From Pirellulales bacterium (GTDB lineage Bacteria; Planctomycetota; Planctomycetia; Pirellulales; JAICIG01): a stretch of DNA of 64,000 nucleotides. A program made the position numbers and the translations under genes. The notes under the pieces were generated by a model. That model had not been told where the DNA came from. It did no database searches and worked only from the letters and a program-made list of their open reading frames with translations. Positions 29,100 to 38,942 of this stretch are shown here, piece after piece; the stretch's first letter is position 1, and each line of letters opens with the position of its first letter. The stretch is from NCBI GenBank assembly GCA_040901675.1, contig JBBDYJ010000014.1, forward strand, positions 8,559 through 72,558, given 5' to 3'.

Positions 29100-29902
29100 C
29101 TGCGTCTCCGCCAATCGTCGTCATCACCGGAGCGGCGGGAAACATGGGCCGCAAGCTCCGCGAGCATCTCGCCGGCCGAGTCGAGCTGCGCCTGCTCGAC
29201 CGCGACCCGAAGGACGGCGCGGGAATTCTCTCTGCCGACCTGAGCGGCTGGGGTGAGTGGGTCGATTCGCTCCGCGGGGCGGAAGTCGTGTTTCATTTCG
29301 CCGCGGATCCGGAAGCGCATCAGGGCTTTCCCGAGCTGATCGGCCCCAACGTCGACGCGCTCATTCACGTGTACCAGGCCGCGGCGCGGGGCGGCGTAAA
29401 GCGAGTGGTGTTCGCCAGTTCCAATCATGTCCTGGGCGGTTATCAGGATGACGTCGGAGTGTTGCTGTCGTCCGACACCCCGCCGCGGCCGGGACTGAAG
29501 TACGTCGTGGATGGCGTGCCGCGATTCAGCGGGGCGTACGCGGCGGCCAAGCTGTTCGGCGAGCGGCTGGGCAGGTGCTATGCCCAATCGCATGGAATCG
29601 AGGCCATCGCCGTGCGTGTCGGCTGGGTGTGGCGCGGCGGCCCGAACGAGCCGCGGAACCTGCCCCGCGAACGCGGCGAATGGTTCCGTTTGATGTGGCT
29701 TTCAGACCGCGATTTCCTGCACCTCATGGACCGCTGCCTGGCGGCCACACTGCCGTCGAAGTTTGTGATCGTGAACGGAGTCTCGGCCAACACCGGGATG
29801 CCCTGGGATTTGGAGCCCGGCCGCCGACTGCTCGGCTACAATCCCCAGGACGACGTGACGAAGTTCACGACGCCGTGGCGGCCATCGTCGGAAGGCACGT
29901 AA
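29096..29902 (+). CDS. NAD-dependent epimerase/dehydratase (uronate dehydrogenase-like SDR)
   Basis: ITGAAGNMG, FASSNH, YAAAK, WLSDRD, LGYNPQD. Confidence 0.85.
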   Translation: MTASPPIVVITGAAGNMGRKLREHLAGRVELRLLDRDPKDGAGILSADLSGWGEWVDSLRGAEVVFHFAADPEAHQGFPELIGPNVDALIHVYQAAARGGVKRVVFASSNHVLGGYQDDVGVLLSSDTPPRPGLKYVVDGVPRFSGAYAAAKLFGERLGRCYAQSHGIEAIAVRVGWVWRGGPNEPRNLPRERGEWFRLMWLSDRDFLHLMDRCLAATLPSKFVIVNGVSANTGMPWDLEPGRRLLGYNPQDDVTKFTTPWRPSSEGT

Positions 29903-29905
29903 ACC

Positions 29906-30577
29906 ATGGCGGCCAGCACGCGCATCCTCGACCTGACCCTCCCCTTGCGTCGCGGCATGCGCGGATTCGACTGGGAGACGAAGTACATCATTGAGCGCCA
30001 CGGCTGGAACGCTCGGACGCTGCACCTCTATTCCCACGCGGGCACGCACGTGGACGCGCAGGCGCACTTCGGCGCCGGTCCGGAAACGATCGATCAGGTC
30101 GCACTCGAACGTTGTTCAGGCTCGGCCCGCGTCGTATTCCTGTCGCACGTTCAGCCGCGGGAGTTGCTCTCGGTCGCGCACCTCGGTTCGGTCGCGGATA
30201 CGTTTCAACCTGGAGAGGTCTTGCTCCTCGCCAGCGGTTGGAGCCGGTATCGTGATGATCCTGCCGTTTATCGTGACCGGCTTCCGCGAGTGAGCGAGGA
30301 ACTGGCCGAATGGTGCGTACAGCGCGGCGTGAACGTGATCGGCGTCGAGCCACCGTCGGTCGCGGACGTTGCGAACCTGGACGAACTCACCCGTGTACAC
30401 CGCATTCTGCTCGGCGGCCGAGTGACCATTGTGGAAGGTCTGACGAATCTGAACGCGCTGCCGGAAAGCGGCGCGTGGTTCATGGCTGCACCGCTGAAAA
30501 TCGAGGGCGGTGACGGCTGCCCATGCCGGGCATTCGCGCTGCTCGACCTTCCGTCCAGCGTGGCAGAACGCTCCTGA
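29906..30577 (+). CDS. Cyclase family (kynurenine formamidase-like) metal hydrolase
   Basis: HAGTHVDA, H..LL, IVEGLTNL, PLKI..GDGCPCRA. Confidence 0.88.
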   Translation: MAASTRILDLTLPLRRGMRGFDWETKYIIERHGWNARTLHLYSHAGTHVDAQAHFGAGPETIDQVALERCSGSARVVFLSHVQPRELLSVAHLGSVADTFQPGEVLLLASGWSRYRDDPAVYRDRLPRVSEELAEWCVQRGVNVIGVEPPSVADVANLDELTRVHRILLGGRVTIVEGLTNLNALPESGAWFMAAPLKIEGGDGCPCRAFALLDLPSSVAERS

Positions 30578-30746
30578 TGCGCAGGCGCTTCCGGCGGACC
30601 GGAATACCGGATACCGGGCCCGTCCGATGCGTGCTCGATGCGTCGCGATTGTGCATGGACCCGCGCTTAGATTGCGTCCCTCGTAATGCCCATGGTAGGC
30701 TATTCAACTGGTGCCCGACGGAATCCACGTAGGTCAGAAGGCCCCC

Positions 30747-31334
30747 ATGTCTACGCACATCTGGCCCGATCTGGAACGGTTCGTCCAACAAGAGCTCTCC
30801 AGCGGCCGGTTTCCAGATCGGGAAGCGCTCATTGCTCACGCACTGCGCTTGCTTCAACGAGATCGAGAGGATGCTATCGCCGGTATTCGCGCTGGTCTCG
30901 ACGATGTTGCCGCGGGCAGGGGCGAGCCGCTTCCAATCGCAACGGAGCGCCAGCAAAAGACGAAGCAGACTTTTGAAGCGTTGAGCAAGGAATGGAAGGC
31001 CCAAACTCGGTTCATGTCGTCGTTTACGGACATGGCCATGCTCCCGACGTACCAGCGGATCATCGGGCTCGGGCCCGTAGCGGTGCCTTGGTTGCTTCAG
31101 GAACTGGAAAACGACCCGGACTACTGGTTTTCGGCGCTTGAGGCTATCACTGGCGAGAATCCTGTTCCCGAGGAATTGCGAGGCAACCTGGAGGGAATGG
31201 CTGCCGCATGGCTTGAGTGGGGACGAGTGCATGGCTACGTTGCCGGCCAATGCGATACAATTAGAAGTAGGATTTCATGGATCGGTCCAGTATTACCGCA
31301 ATCTTCCCCCACGGCCGCTGGGCCAAGCCCTTAG
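30747..31334 (+). CDS. Fusion of ParD-like antitoxin N-terminus with an uncharacterised helical domain
   Basis: First 62 aa are 53/62 identical to the antitoxin at 31365. Then YQRIIGLGPVAVPWLLQEL...WFSALEAITGENP...AWLEWG. Confidence 0.7.
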   Translation: MSTHIWPDLERFVQQELSSGRFPDREALIAHALRLLQRDREDAIAGIRAGLDDVAAGRGEPLPIATERQQKTKQTFEALSKEWKAQTRFMSSFTDMAMLPTYQRIIGLGPVAVPWLLQELENDPDYWFSALEAITGENPVPEELRGNLEGMAAAWLEWGRVHGYVAGQCDTIRSRISWIGPVLPQSSPTAAGPSP

Positions 31335-31364
31335 GCCATAGGTAGATACGCTAGGGAGGTCCGA

Positions 31365-31604
31365 ATGTCCACGGATATGTCGCCCGATCTGGAACTGTTC
31401 GTCCAACAAGAGATCTCCAGCGGCCGATTTCCGAACCGGGAAGCACTCGTCGCTCACGCACTGCGCTTGCTTCAGCGCGATCGGGACGAGGCGATTGCCG
31501 GTATTCGTGCTGGTCTGGACGATGTTGCCGCGGGCAGGGGCGAGCCGCTTCAAGATGCCTTCGATGATCTGCGTCGTGAGCTGAATGCTCCCAACGACGC
31601 ATGA
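31365..31604 (+). CDS. Type II antitoxin, ParD-like (ribbon-helix-helix)
   Basis: FVQQEISSGRF, ALRLL, IRAGLDD..AGRG. Strong RBS ggaggt. ATGA overlap with the toxin. Confidence 0.85.
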   Translation: MSTDMSPDLELFVQQEISSGRFPNREALVAHALRLLQRDRDEAIAGIRAGLDDVAAGRGEPLQDAFDDLRRELNAPNDA

Positions 31605-31924
31605 TCTATCATGTCATCATTAGCCCGAACGCAAAGGCGAATCTGCGAGCGTACTGTCTCCACGCTGCTCAGCACGCTCCGGCCACTGCCGCTCGTTGGC
31701 TCGATCGCTTCGAGTCGGCTCTGGCAACTCTCTCGGTGGAACCGCGTCGCTGTGGGTTGGCGCCTGAAAACGATCGTGTGGATGCGGAGATTCGCCAGTT
31801 CATTTTCGGAAAGGGCCGGAGCATTTTTCGTGCGTTGTTTGCCATAGAGGGCGATAAGGTTCACATCCTCCATATTCGCCGCGCCGCCATGGATGTAGCA
31901 ACGCCGGAAGAGCTTTTCGGATAA
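31601..31924 (+). CDS. Type II toxin, RelE/ParE family
   Basis: YHVIISPNAKANL, P.RC.LAPE, FRALF, VHILHIRR. Confidence 0.88.
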   Translation: MIYHVIISPNAKANLRAYCLHAAQHAPATAARWLDRFESALATLSVEPRRCGLAPENDRVDAEIRQFIFGKGRSIFRALFAIEGDKVHILHIRRAAMDVATPEELFG

Positions 31925-32023
31925 CGCCCATCAAACGTAGGGCGGTCTGCAACGATGACCTTCGTGGCAAAGTGCAGACAGGGTTAGCAGCAACCGCGGC
32001 GGACGGCACACGGAGTGTGCCTG

Positions 32024-32782
32024 CTACTTTGCCAACACCGCCTGTAGCCGCGCGGGCACGTTGGTGATTAAGGCATCGGCGCCCCAGGAAATCAGTTGCC
32101 GGGCCCGGTCGACGCCGTCGACGGTCCAAACCCAGAGCCGCAAACCACGCTCGTGGATCCGCTCGACCAGTTCGCTGGTCACGTGGCCGTCGTCCCAACC
32201 GATCACGCTCGCGCCGATGCCAACCGCTTCGTCGAGCTGATCGGGCCTCAGCTCCTTGGTCCCCAAGGCGCCCAGCACCAGGTCGGGCGCCAAGGCGTGG
32301 CAGTCGGCCAGGAACTGCCAATCGAACGCGGTGACCGCCACCCGATCAACAAAGCCGAGCCGCTCGAGCAGGCCGACGCACGTGGCCGCGTCCCCCGCCT
32401 TGCGCTCGATCATCATGGCCGACGTCGGACAGACCGCAAGAAGCGCCTCCTCCAGCGTCGCGATCCGCGTGCCGGCGAATTGCGGCGCAAACCAGCCGCC
32501 GGCGTCGAGCTGCTTGAGCTCGGCCAACGACTTCGAGGCCAGCGCGATCTTTTTACCCCAGCGGGCCGGCGCATCGGTGAGGCGGTCGAGCTCGTCGTCG
32601 TGAAAAACCACCGGCACGCCGTCGGCCGTGTGCAAGTAATCGAGCTCGACCAGGTCGACCCCCAACGACATGGCTGACGCGAAGGCGGCCAGCGTGTTCT
32701 CGGGCGCCGCCCGGCTGTCGCCGCGATGGGCGATCACCAGCGTCCGCGGAGTGCGAACAAGTGCGGCGGCCGACGGATTCAC
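32024..32782 (-). CDS. Glycerophosphodiester phosphodiesterase
   Basis: IAHRG, PENTLAAF, VELD, HD, WTVD, GADALITN. Confidence 0.92.
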   Translation of the reverse strand: MNPSAAALVRTPRTLVIAHRGDSRAAPENTLAAFASAMSLGVDLVELDYLHTADGVPVVFHDDELDRLTDAPARWGKKIALASKSLAELKQLDAGGWFAPQFAGTRIATLEEALLAVCPTSAMMIERKAGDAATCVGLLERLGFVDRVAVTAFDWQFLADCHALAPDLVLGALGTKELRPDQLDEAVGIGASVIGWDDGHVTSELVERIHERGLRLWVWTVDGVDRARQLISWGADALITNVPARLQAVLAK

Positions 32783-32856
32783 GGCTCACGGCGCGGCAAG
32801 ACCCGCCACGGCCCGGCAAGACGCATCGGGCACTACCGGCGGGCAAAACCCGCGCT

Positions 32857-33417
32857 TCAGTCCTCCATGACCTCTTGTTCCTTGGCCTTGGCCAGCTCGT
32901 TCGCCCGGTTCTCGAACTTCTTGGTCAGATCCTGCACTTCTTCCTTGACCTGGTCGCGGTCGTCCTCCGAAAGCGACTTGTCCTTTTCCGACTGGTCGGC
33001 CAGCTTGTTGCCGTCGCGGCGGACGTTGCGGATCGCCACCTTGGCCTCCTCGGTCAGCTCCTTGATCCGGGCCACCAGCTTGCGGCGGACCTCGGTCGAT
33101 AGCGGCGGCACGTTCAAGCGGATCACGCGGCCGTCGTTGATCGGGTTGAACCCCAGCCCGCTGGCCTGGATCGCCTTTTCGATGTCCTTGATCGTGCCCG
33201 GGTCGAAAGGCCGGATGACGATCTGCGTCGGCTCCGGCGCCCCGACCGAAGCGAGCTGCTTGATCGGCGTCGGCGAGCCGTAGGCCTCCACCCGCAGCGA
33301 ATCGACCAGCCCCGGGTTGGCCCGCCCCGTGCGGATGCCCGCCAGGGAGTGCTTCAAGACATCCACGGCTTTTTCCATCCGCTCTTCGACGTCCAGGAGA
33401 ATCTCGTCGGCGGTCAT
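32857..33417 (-). CDS. frr: Ribosome recycling factor
   Basis: IRTGRANP, PPLS.E.R, AKVAIRNVRRD. Synteny with pyrH. Confidence 0.97.
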   Translation of the reverse strand: MTADEILLDVEERMEKAVDVLKHSLAGIRTGRANPGLVDSLRVEAYGSPTPIKQLASVGAPEPTQIVIRPFDPGTIKDIEKAIQASGLGFNPINDGRVIRLNVPPLSTEVRRKLVARIKELTEEAKVAIRNVRRDGNKLADQSEKDKSLSEDDRDQVKEEVQDLTKKFENRANELAKAKEQEVMED

Positions 33418-33429
33418 GGTTGGGGTTCC

Positions 33430-34191
33430 TCAACTGCGGGCCGCGGGCACCTTGCTGCCGATCCAGGTGCCCACCTTTTCACCCTTGACGGCCCGCTCGA
33501 TGTTGCCTTCTTTCTTGAAATTAAAGACCAGGATCGGCATGTTGTGCTCCATGCACTGGGCGATCGCGGTGGGGTCCATCACCCGCAGGTTCTGCTCCCG
33601 CACCGCGCCGTAGCTCAGCTCGCTGTACAGCACCGCGTGCGGGTTCTTTTCCGGGTCGTCGCTGTAGACGCCGTCGACGCGGGTCGCCTTGAGCAGGATG
33701 TCGGCCTCCAGCTCCAAGGCCCGCTGCGCGGCGGCCGTGTCGGTGGTGACAAACGGACTGCCGGTCCCGGCCGCCAGGATCACGATCCGCCCCTTTTCCA
33801 GGTGCCGCCGCGCGCGGCGGCGGATGTACGGCTCGGCCACCCCGTCCATGCGGATGGCCGTCGAGAGCCGCGTCTCGCAGCCCAGCGATTCCAGGGCGTC
33901 CTGCAGCGCCAGCCCGTTGATCACCGTGGCCAGCATGCCCATGTAGTGCGCCGTGGCTTCCTGCACCCCGGAGTGGGCGGAGGTGAACTGCGCCCCGCGG
34001 AGGATATTGCCGCCGCCGATGACGATGGCGATCTGCGCGCCCTGCTGGGCGGCCCGCGACGTCTGCCGCGCGATGTGTTCCACCTCGTCCATGCTGATGC
34101 CGCGCTGCCCGGCATGGCTGAAGCTCTCGCCCGAAAGCTTCAGCACCACGCGGCGATAGGGCCGCTCGGCGGCCGGTTGCTCATCGGCCAT
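33430..34191 (-). CDS. pyrH: UMP kinase
   Basis: LKLSGE, GGGNI.RG, MGMLAT, TTDTAAA, VMDPTA. Confidence 0.97.
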   Translation of the reverse strand: MADEQPAAERPYRRVVLKLSGESFSHAGQRGISMDEVEHIARQTSRAAQQGAQIAIVIGGGNILRGAQFTSAHSGVQEATAHYMGMLATVINGLALQDALESLGCETRLSTAIRMDGVAEPYIRRRARRHLEKGRIVILAAGTGSPFVTTDTAAAQRALELEADILLKATRVDGVYSDDPEKNPHAVLYSELSYGAVREQNLRVMDPTAIAQCMEHNMPILVFNFKKEGNIERAVKGEKVGTWIGSKVPAARS

Positions 34192-34194
34192 CGT

Positions 34195-35031
34195 TCACGC
34201 GCCTTCCTGTTTGCCCAGGTCCCAGCGGACGAAGCGGACCACTTTCATGCCGGCCGCCGAGGCCACCTTGGCCACCGTCTGCGAGTCGTCCTTGACGAAC
34301 GGCTGCTCCAACAGCACGTGCTCGGCAAAGAAGTTCTTCAGCCGGCCTTCGATCATCTTGGCGATGATGTTTTCCGGCTTGCCTTCCTTGCGGGCCGCCT
34401 CGCTCAGCACGCCCCGTTCACGCTCGACCGCCTTGGGGTCCAGGTTCTCTTTCGCAACCACCTCGGGCTTCATGGCCACCACGTGCATGGCTACGTCCTT
34501 GGCCGCCTCGGCATTGCCCCCGGCCACCTCGACCAGCGCCCCGGCCGAGCCGTCGTGGTGGGCGTAGCCGCCGCAAGCCGCGTCGAACCGCACGATGCGG
34601 CCCAGGTTGAAAACCTCGCGGATGCGGTTGAACATGTCGTCCTTCTGCTCGCCCAGCGTCTGGCCGGGCTTCGACGATGGCTGCGCTAGCAGCTCGTCGG
34701 CCGTCTTGGCGCCCGGGCCGGTCGCCAATTGGCGGGCCAGGTCGTTGGCAAACTGGATGAACTCCTTGCTGCCGGACACCGGGGCGCTCTCGCACAACAA
34801 CTCGATCATCGCGCCCCGGCCGGCCGCATGGTCGGTATAGACGGCGATCCGCCCGGCGGTCGTCTCCCGGCCGATCCGCGTTTCCTTCGTCTTGATGCCC
34901 TGCTTGCGCAGCCAGTCGACGGCCGCCTCCTGGTTGCCGCCCGTTTCCTGCAGGGCCCTTTTGCACTCCATCATCGGCAGGCCGGTGCGCTCGCGAAGCG
35001 TCTTCACGGCTGCCGCGGTGATCTCTGCCAT
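34195..35031 (-). CDS. tsf: Elongation factor Ts
   Basis: ITAAAVKTLRERTG..MMECK, GKPENII.KM..GR, LLEQPFV. Start ATG 35031. Confidence 0.96.
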   Translation of the reverse strand: MAEITAAAVKTLRERTGLPMMECKRALQETGGNQEAAVDWLRKQGIKTKETRIGRETTAGRIAVYTDHAAGRGAMIELLCESAPVSGSKEFIQFANDLARQLATGPGAKTADELLAQPSSKPGQTLGEQKDDMFNRIREVFNLGRIVRFDAACGGYAHHDGSAGALVEVAGGNAEAAKDVAMHVVAMKPEVVAKENLDPKAVERERGVLSEAARKEGKPENIIAKMIEGRLKNFFAEHVLLEQPFVKDDSQTVAKVASAAGMKVVRFVRWDLGKQEGA

Positions 35032-35251
35032 GATTGATTTCTCTCCGCTAGATCGACAACTGTCTGTTATGTCGGCCAGGCCGCGATGCTCCGCGCGGCG
35101 GTTTTTGCCGGCGGGTCGCACTGACGCCTTTGCGGCCGCCCGACCTGCCTGCAAGGCCCGGGCCAGCCGGACTTCACCGCGACCGTTCCCGCCCGGCGGG
35201 CTCCGCATCCGGCCAGGCCGGACCGACGTCGCCGGCCAGGCCGGCGGCCGC

Positions 35252-36022
35252 TTACCCCTCGTCTTTATCTTCCGGAGCGGCCGGACTGATATAAGCGCCG
35301 GGCGCTCCGGCGGCCTGGGCGGCCGCGGCGCCATCGACGGCGTTGGCCTTGCCCTCGATGATCGCGTTGGCCAGTTGTTCCAGCACCAGCTCGATCGAGC
35401 GGATGCTGTCGTCGTTGCCCGGGATCGGCAGGTCGACCAGGTCGGGATCGCAGTCGGTGTCGATCAGGGCCACGGTGGTCACGCCGAGCTTGCGGGCCTC
35501 GAACACCGCGTTGTGTTCCTTTTTGGGGTCGATGACCACCAGGCACTCCGGCAGCCGGTTCATGGTCCGCATGCCGTTGAGGTTGCGGAACATCTTGCGG
35601 TACTCGCGGTTCAAGGCCGACTGCATCTTCTTGGAATACGTGAGTATCTCCTCGGTGGTCTTCATGGCCTCCAGCTCTTCGAGTCGGCTCAGCCGGCTGC
35701 GGATCGTGCGAAAATTGGTGAGCGTGCCTCCCAGCCAGCGGTCGCTGACAAAGGGCATGCCGCAGCGGGTCGCTTCGCGCTCGACCGTCTCGGCCGCCTG
35801 CCGCTTGGTCCCCACGAACAGCACCAGGCTGCCGCCGCCGGCGACCTGCGCCAGGTACTTGCGGGCCCGGACCAGGCCGCGGATCGTCTCCCGCACGTCG
35901 ATGATGTGGATCAGGTTGCGGCGGCCGTAAATATAGGGCCGCATCTTGGGGTTCCAGCGGCTGGCTCGGTGTCCGAAGTGGACGCCGGCCTCGATCAATT
36001 GCTTCACCAGGACAGTAGGCAC
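35252..36022 (-). CDS. rpsB: 30S ribosomal protein S2
   Basis: [34 protein letters not shown] start at 36022. Confidence 0.97.
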   Translation of the reverse strand: MPTVLVKQLIEAGVHFGHRASRWNPKMRPYIYGRRNLIHIIDVRETIRGLVRARKYLAQVAGGGSLVLFVGTKRQAAETVEREATRCGMPFVSDRWLGGTLTNFRTIRSRLSRLEELEAMKTTEEILTYSKKMQSALNREYRKMFRNLNGMRTMNRLPECLVVIDPKKEHNAVFEARKLGVTTVALIDTDCDPDLVDLPIPGNDDSIRSIELVLEQLANAIIEGKANAVDGAAAAQAAGAPGAYISPAAPEDKDEG

Positions 36023-36163
36023 GTTAAAAAGGCTCCTCGCTTGTTTTGCACACCGGCCATGTCCCGAGCGGCCAGAGGTCTGGCGGGCCGAGCGTCCGGC
36101 GTTCGTGGGGTCGTTTCGGTCGGGAGAGTAATCTCGGCAGATGCTCACTCAGCCCTGGACCGT

Positions 36164-36547
36164 TCAGGGTTGGAAGCCGTTGATGATAGCGGGTTTAGGG
36201 CAGGCCGTCAATTGAGGGGGTGCCCGGTGGTGTCCTAACAGTTCTCGCCAGCTATCGGCGGGGAACGGTATGTCAAGGTCCGCAGTGAAGAACACCCCCC
36301 CGCCGCCCCATAAGTCGATGTACTCCGTGATTGCGTCATCCGCACCTGTGTCCCTGGCGGCCAAGAAGATTGGCTGATAGATAGCGAAGAAGGTGTCCTG
36401 CTCGATTCGGGATTTACTCGCCAGCCTGGCAGCCGGCCCAATGCTCAAGACGTAAAGCATGAGCAGGGCCACCAGTAGCCCCAGCCCCACAGCCAGAACC
36501 GCCGCTCCGCCGCCCTTCTCGCCTCGTGGCTTATCGCTCATGGGCAT
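36164..36547 (-). CDS. Small membrane protein, planctomycete LYVLSxGP type
   Basis: One TM helix followed by LYVLSIGP...YQP...YIDLW. Confidence 0.6.
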   Translation of the reverse strand: MPMSDKPRGEKGGGAAVLAVGLGLLVALLMLYVLSIGPAARLASKSRIEQDTFFAIYQPIFLAARDTGADDAITEYIDLWGGGGVFFTADLDIPFPADSWRELLGHHRAPPQLTACPKPAIINGFQP

Positions 36548-36582
36548 AGCCTACAGCACGGCCGCCAGACAGTCTTAGGACA

Positions 36583-37237
36583 CTACCGAAGACCCGCGTC
36601 GTGGATGGGTTTTGAATCGCGGACGGCCCGATCGGGGACTTTTCCCCGCTCCCGTGCTTCGCGGCGCTTATATGGCAACGGTGGCCATGCGATTCCGCCG
36701 CGGGCGATGTGCGGGCCGGCCGGATAGATCGCCGTTTCGGCCGTCCGCCGCACCGTGGTGAAAGGGTAGACCTTCAATAACTCCTTTACTTTCGCCCGGC
36801 ACGCGTCATAGCCATCGTGGCGTCCTTTCCAGTCGTCGACCGCATCGGTTCGAGTAGGGCGGCGGGCCGAGCTCTTGATCGTAGTGGGGGTTGTCCGCCA
36901 CCACCTGCCGCAGGCATTCTTGCCATCCCTCGTAGTGCGCCACAGAGTATTCAGCAACCGGGAAGCTTAGCCAGGGGTCTCGACCATCCTTGTCCCGTCT
37001 GATCCGCGTGGAGGGGAGATCGTCGGGGATTGCGACTCGCTCAGGGTAGGCCAGGGGGGACTTTCGGAGCCGTTGCCGAGACTCGTCTCGCCTTTCGGGG
37101 GCCGACCGTCGGATTGGCCGATCATCGCCGGCCACACCTCGGCTGTAAATGCCGCATAGGATCGCAATCGAAACAGAACACCCGACCAGGCAAGACACCC
37201 CCGAAAGGGCCACAGCACGTCCCTTGTGGAACCGCAT
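36583..37237 (-). pseudogene. Possibly frameshifted hypothetical exported protein
   Basis: The 37237-start frame (TM, YEGWQECL) appears to continue in a different frame (HDGYDACRAKVKELL) with a shift near 36850. Confidence 0.4.
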
Positions 37238-37290
37238 TGTTCGTTTCTCCGAGAAAGAGGCAATCGGTCGGAAACGTGGAGGCGTCAAAT

Positions 37291-37327
37291 AAAAAAAACC
37301 CCGTCTCGCCTCGGCGGGCGAGACGGG
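37291..37327 (-). terminator. Rho-independent terminator
   Basis: CCCGTCTCGCC/GGCGAGACGGG stem followed closely by T8 on the minus strand. Confidence 0.85.
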
Positions 37328-37463
37328 CTCCTTGTTAAGCCAACTTGTCTCAACGTCGAACGGGTCTTGACGTGTGAGGCACAGGCGGGCTTGCCCGTTC
37401 CTCACGCCGAACAGCCGGGTGGGGTCTGCATTGTTGCCCTCCAACCAGGGGTTCGAGCGAACT

Positions 37464-37591
37464 AAAAAAATCCGGACGTAGCCAGTAGGGTTAGCTCGTA
37501 TCGATTGCTCATCCCATTACCAGGGACTGGTTCTAACCCAAGCAGACCAAGGAGCAGAAGGCTCCTCCAAGCTGCCAGTGGCTACGTCCTT
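37464..37591 (-). ncRNA. Putative structured small RNA
   Basis: 11-bp closing stem (37474-84/37579-89), internal stems, T7 tail, TAGAAT -10 box at 37599-37604. Confidence 0.55.
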
Positions 37592-37791
37592 CCATGGAAT
37601 TCTAGCGTTGCCCGGGAGGGGAAAACAGACTGATCAGATGAACAGCAGTGGGGAAGGCAGAGTGGCAGAGGGCAGAAGGCGAGAGGTTCCTCCTACGGCC
37701 GACTTGCAGCACGGTCGGGACGCAGAGGTCGGAAATAGCCTTCGACAGGATCCTTCGGCGGAGTTGGAGCCCATTTCCAGCTTCCAGACCA

Positions 37792-38355
37792 CTACCACTG
37801 GTCGCGCAGATTGGGATTGGGCAGGGATCGCTCGATTTGATTCGTGACCTCCTGAGGATTCCAGTCCCAGTGTTCGTCGTGGAGCAGCACCGCTCCCGGC
37901 CAGGGAAGAGGCCCGAACTGCCGCTCGAGATCTTTCCGGTGCCATGCAATTTCCGATGACTGCAAGGGAGTAAAGCCTTCTTCGAGAACACCGAGCAGTA
38001 GGCCCTGCTCCTCGACGCCTTCGCTAGTCCAGCGAACCAGCCTGACCCCGGCAATGTGCTCCCAGAGGAAAATAGTCGGCTTCCCGCAGCAGTAGTACCG
38101 CAGTCCTTCTGGGTCGAGAACCAGCCCAATTCCCTCCGGATGCCAGTCTCGTATGCCCGCCCAGACCAACATCCTCCCGCCGAGGCAAAACCATGCGCCC
38201 AGCAGTACAGTGCCCCAAGAGAGCAAGCCGATCAGCCAGGGAACTGCGGTTCCGATCGCAAAGCAGACCACTCCGACCAAGACCGGTTCCAACAGCCCTG
38301 AAATCCGTTGTCGAGCAACGATCGTCATCGACTTACTCGAAGTAAGATCCCGCAA
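37792..38355 (-). CDS. Hypothetical membrane protein (2 TM plus PH-like domain)
   Basis: Two hydrophobic helices then LVLDPEGLRY...FLWEHI pattern. Confidence 0.6.
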   Translation of the reverse strand: MRDLTSSKSMTIVARQRISGLLEPVLVGVVCFAIGTAVPWLIGLLSWGTVLLGAWFCLGGRMLVWAGIRDWHPEGIGLVLDPEGLRYYCCGKPTIFLWEHIAGVRLVRWTSEGVEEQGLLLGVLEEGFTPLQSSEIAWHRKDLERQFGPLPWPGAVLLHDEHWDWNPQEVTNQIERSLPNPNLRDQW

Positions 38356-38488
38356 CCCTCGCGATTCCTCGTCCGCTCATAGCCCATTTTGCCGGCAGCA
38401 AGCGGAAGACGCTATACTCATTCGGAGCGATTCGATCCCCGTTGCGGGGCCGCGAGCCCGATGCCTGAAGCCTGAAGCTGCGCTATCA

Positions 38489-38863
38489 ATGCCGCGCAAG
38501 AGCCGGATTCTGATCGGCGCTAGCCACCCGGCGGATGCCGAGCTGCTGCGAACCTATCTGGGGGACGTCGACTGCACTACGGAAGTCGCGATCGATGGCC
38601 ACGACCTGCTGGAAAAAGCGCAGTCGCTTCATCCAGACCTGGTCCTGCTGGAATCCATGCTGTCGGGGCTGAACGGGCTGGAGGTCTGCAAGCGACTCAA
38701 GGCCGACCCTGCGACTCGAGGGATCATGATCTTGATGGTCAGTACGCCGGAGCTGGGCCATATCGAGCGCGCCGTCCGTGCGGAGACCGACGATTTCCTG
38801 ATCAAGCCCGTGGACAGGCAGCAATTGGTCCAGCGCGTGCGGAACCTGCTCAAAGCGCCCTGA
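38489..38863 (+). CDS. Single-domain response regulator receiver (atypical)
   Basis: RILI, PDLVLLE, NGLEVCKRLK, DDFLIKP. The phosphoacceptor Asp is replaced by Glu. Confidence 0.82.
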   Translation: MPRKSRILIGASHPADAELLRTYLGDVDCTTEVAIDGHDLLEKAQSLHPDLVLLESMLSGLNGLEVCKRLKADPATRGIMILMVSTPELGHIERAVRAETDDFLIKPVDRQQLVQRVRNLLKAP

Positions 38864-38942
38864 GCGATGCATTGGCGTCTATTCGCGTGTCGTCTTCCCG
38901 CGGCTACAAAGTCCTAAGTCCCAAGAGCCAAGTTCCAAGTGT

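Noticed and set aside
36023..36160. rpsB leader autoregulatory RNA
   Set aside because: Plausible by position, but I could not identify a conserved structure from the sequence alone.
37402..37431. Mini-ORF ending C-S-A-TGA as a CxxU selenopeptide
   Set aside because: No hairpin with the 12-nt spacer geometry, and the readthrough product runs into a terminator and is not protein-like.
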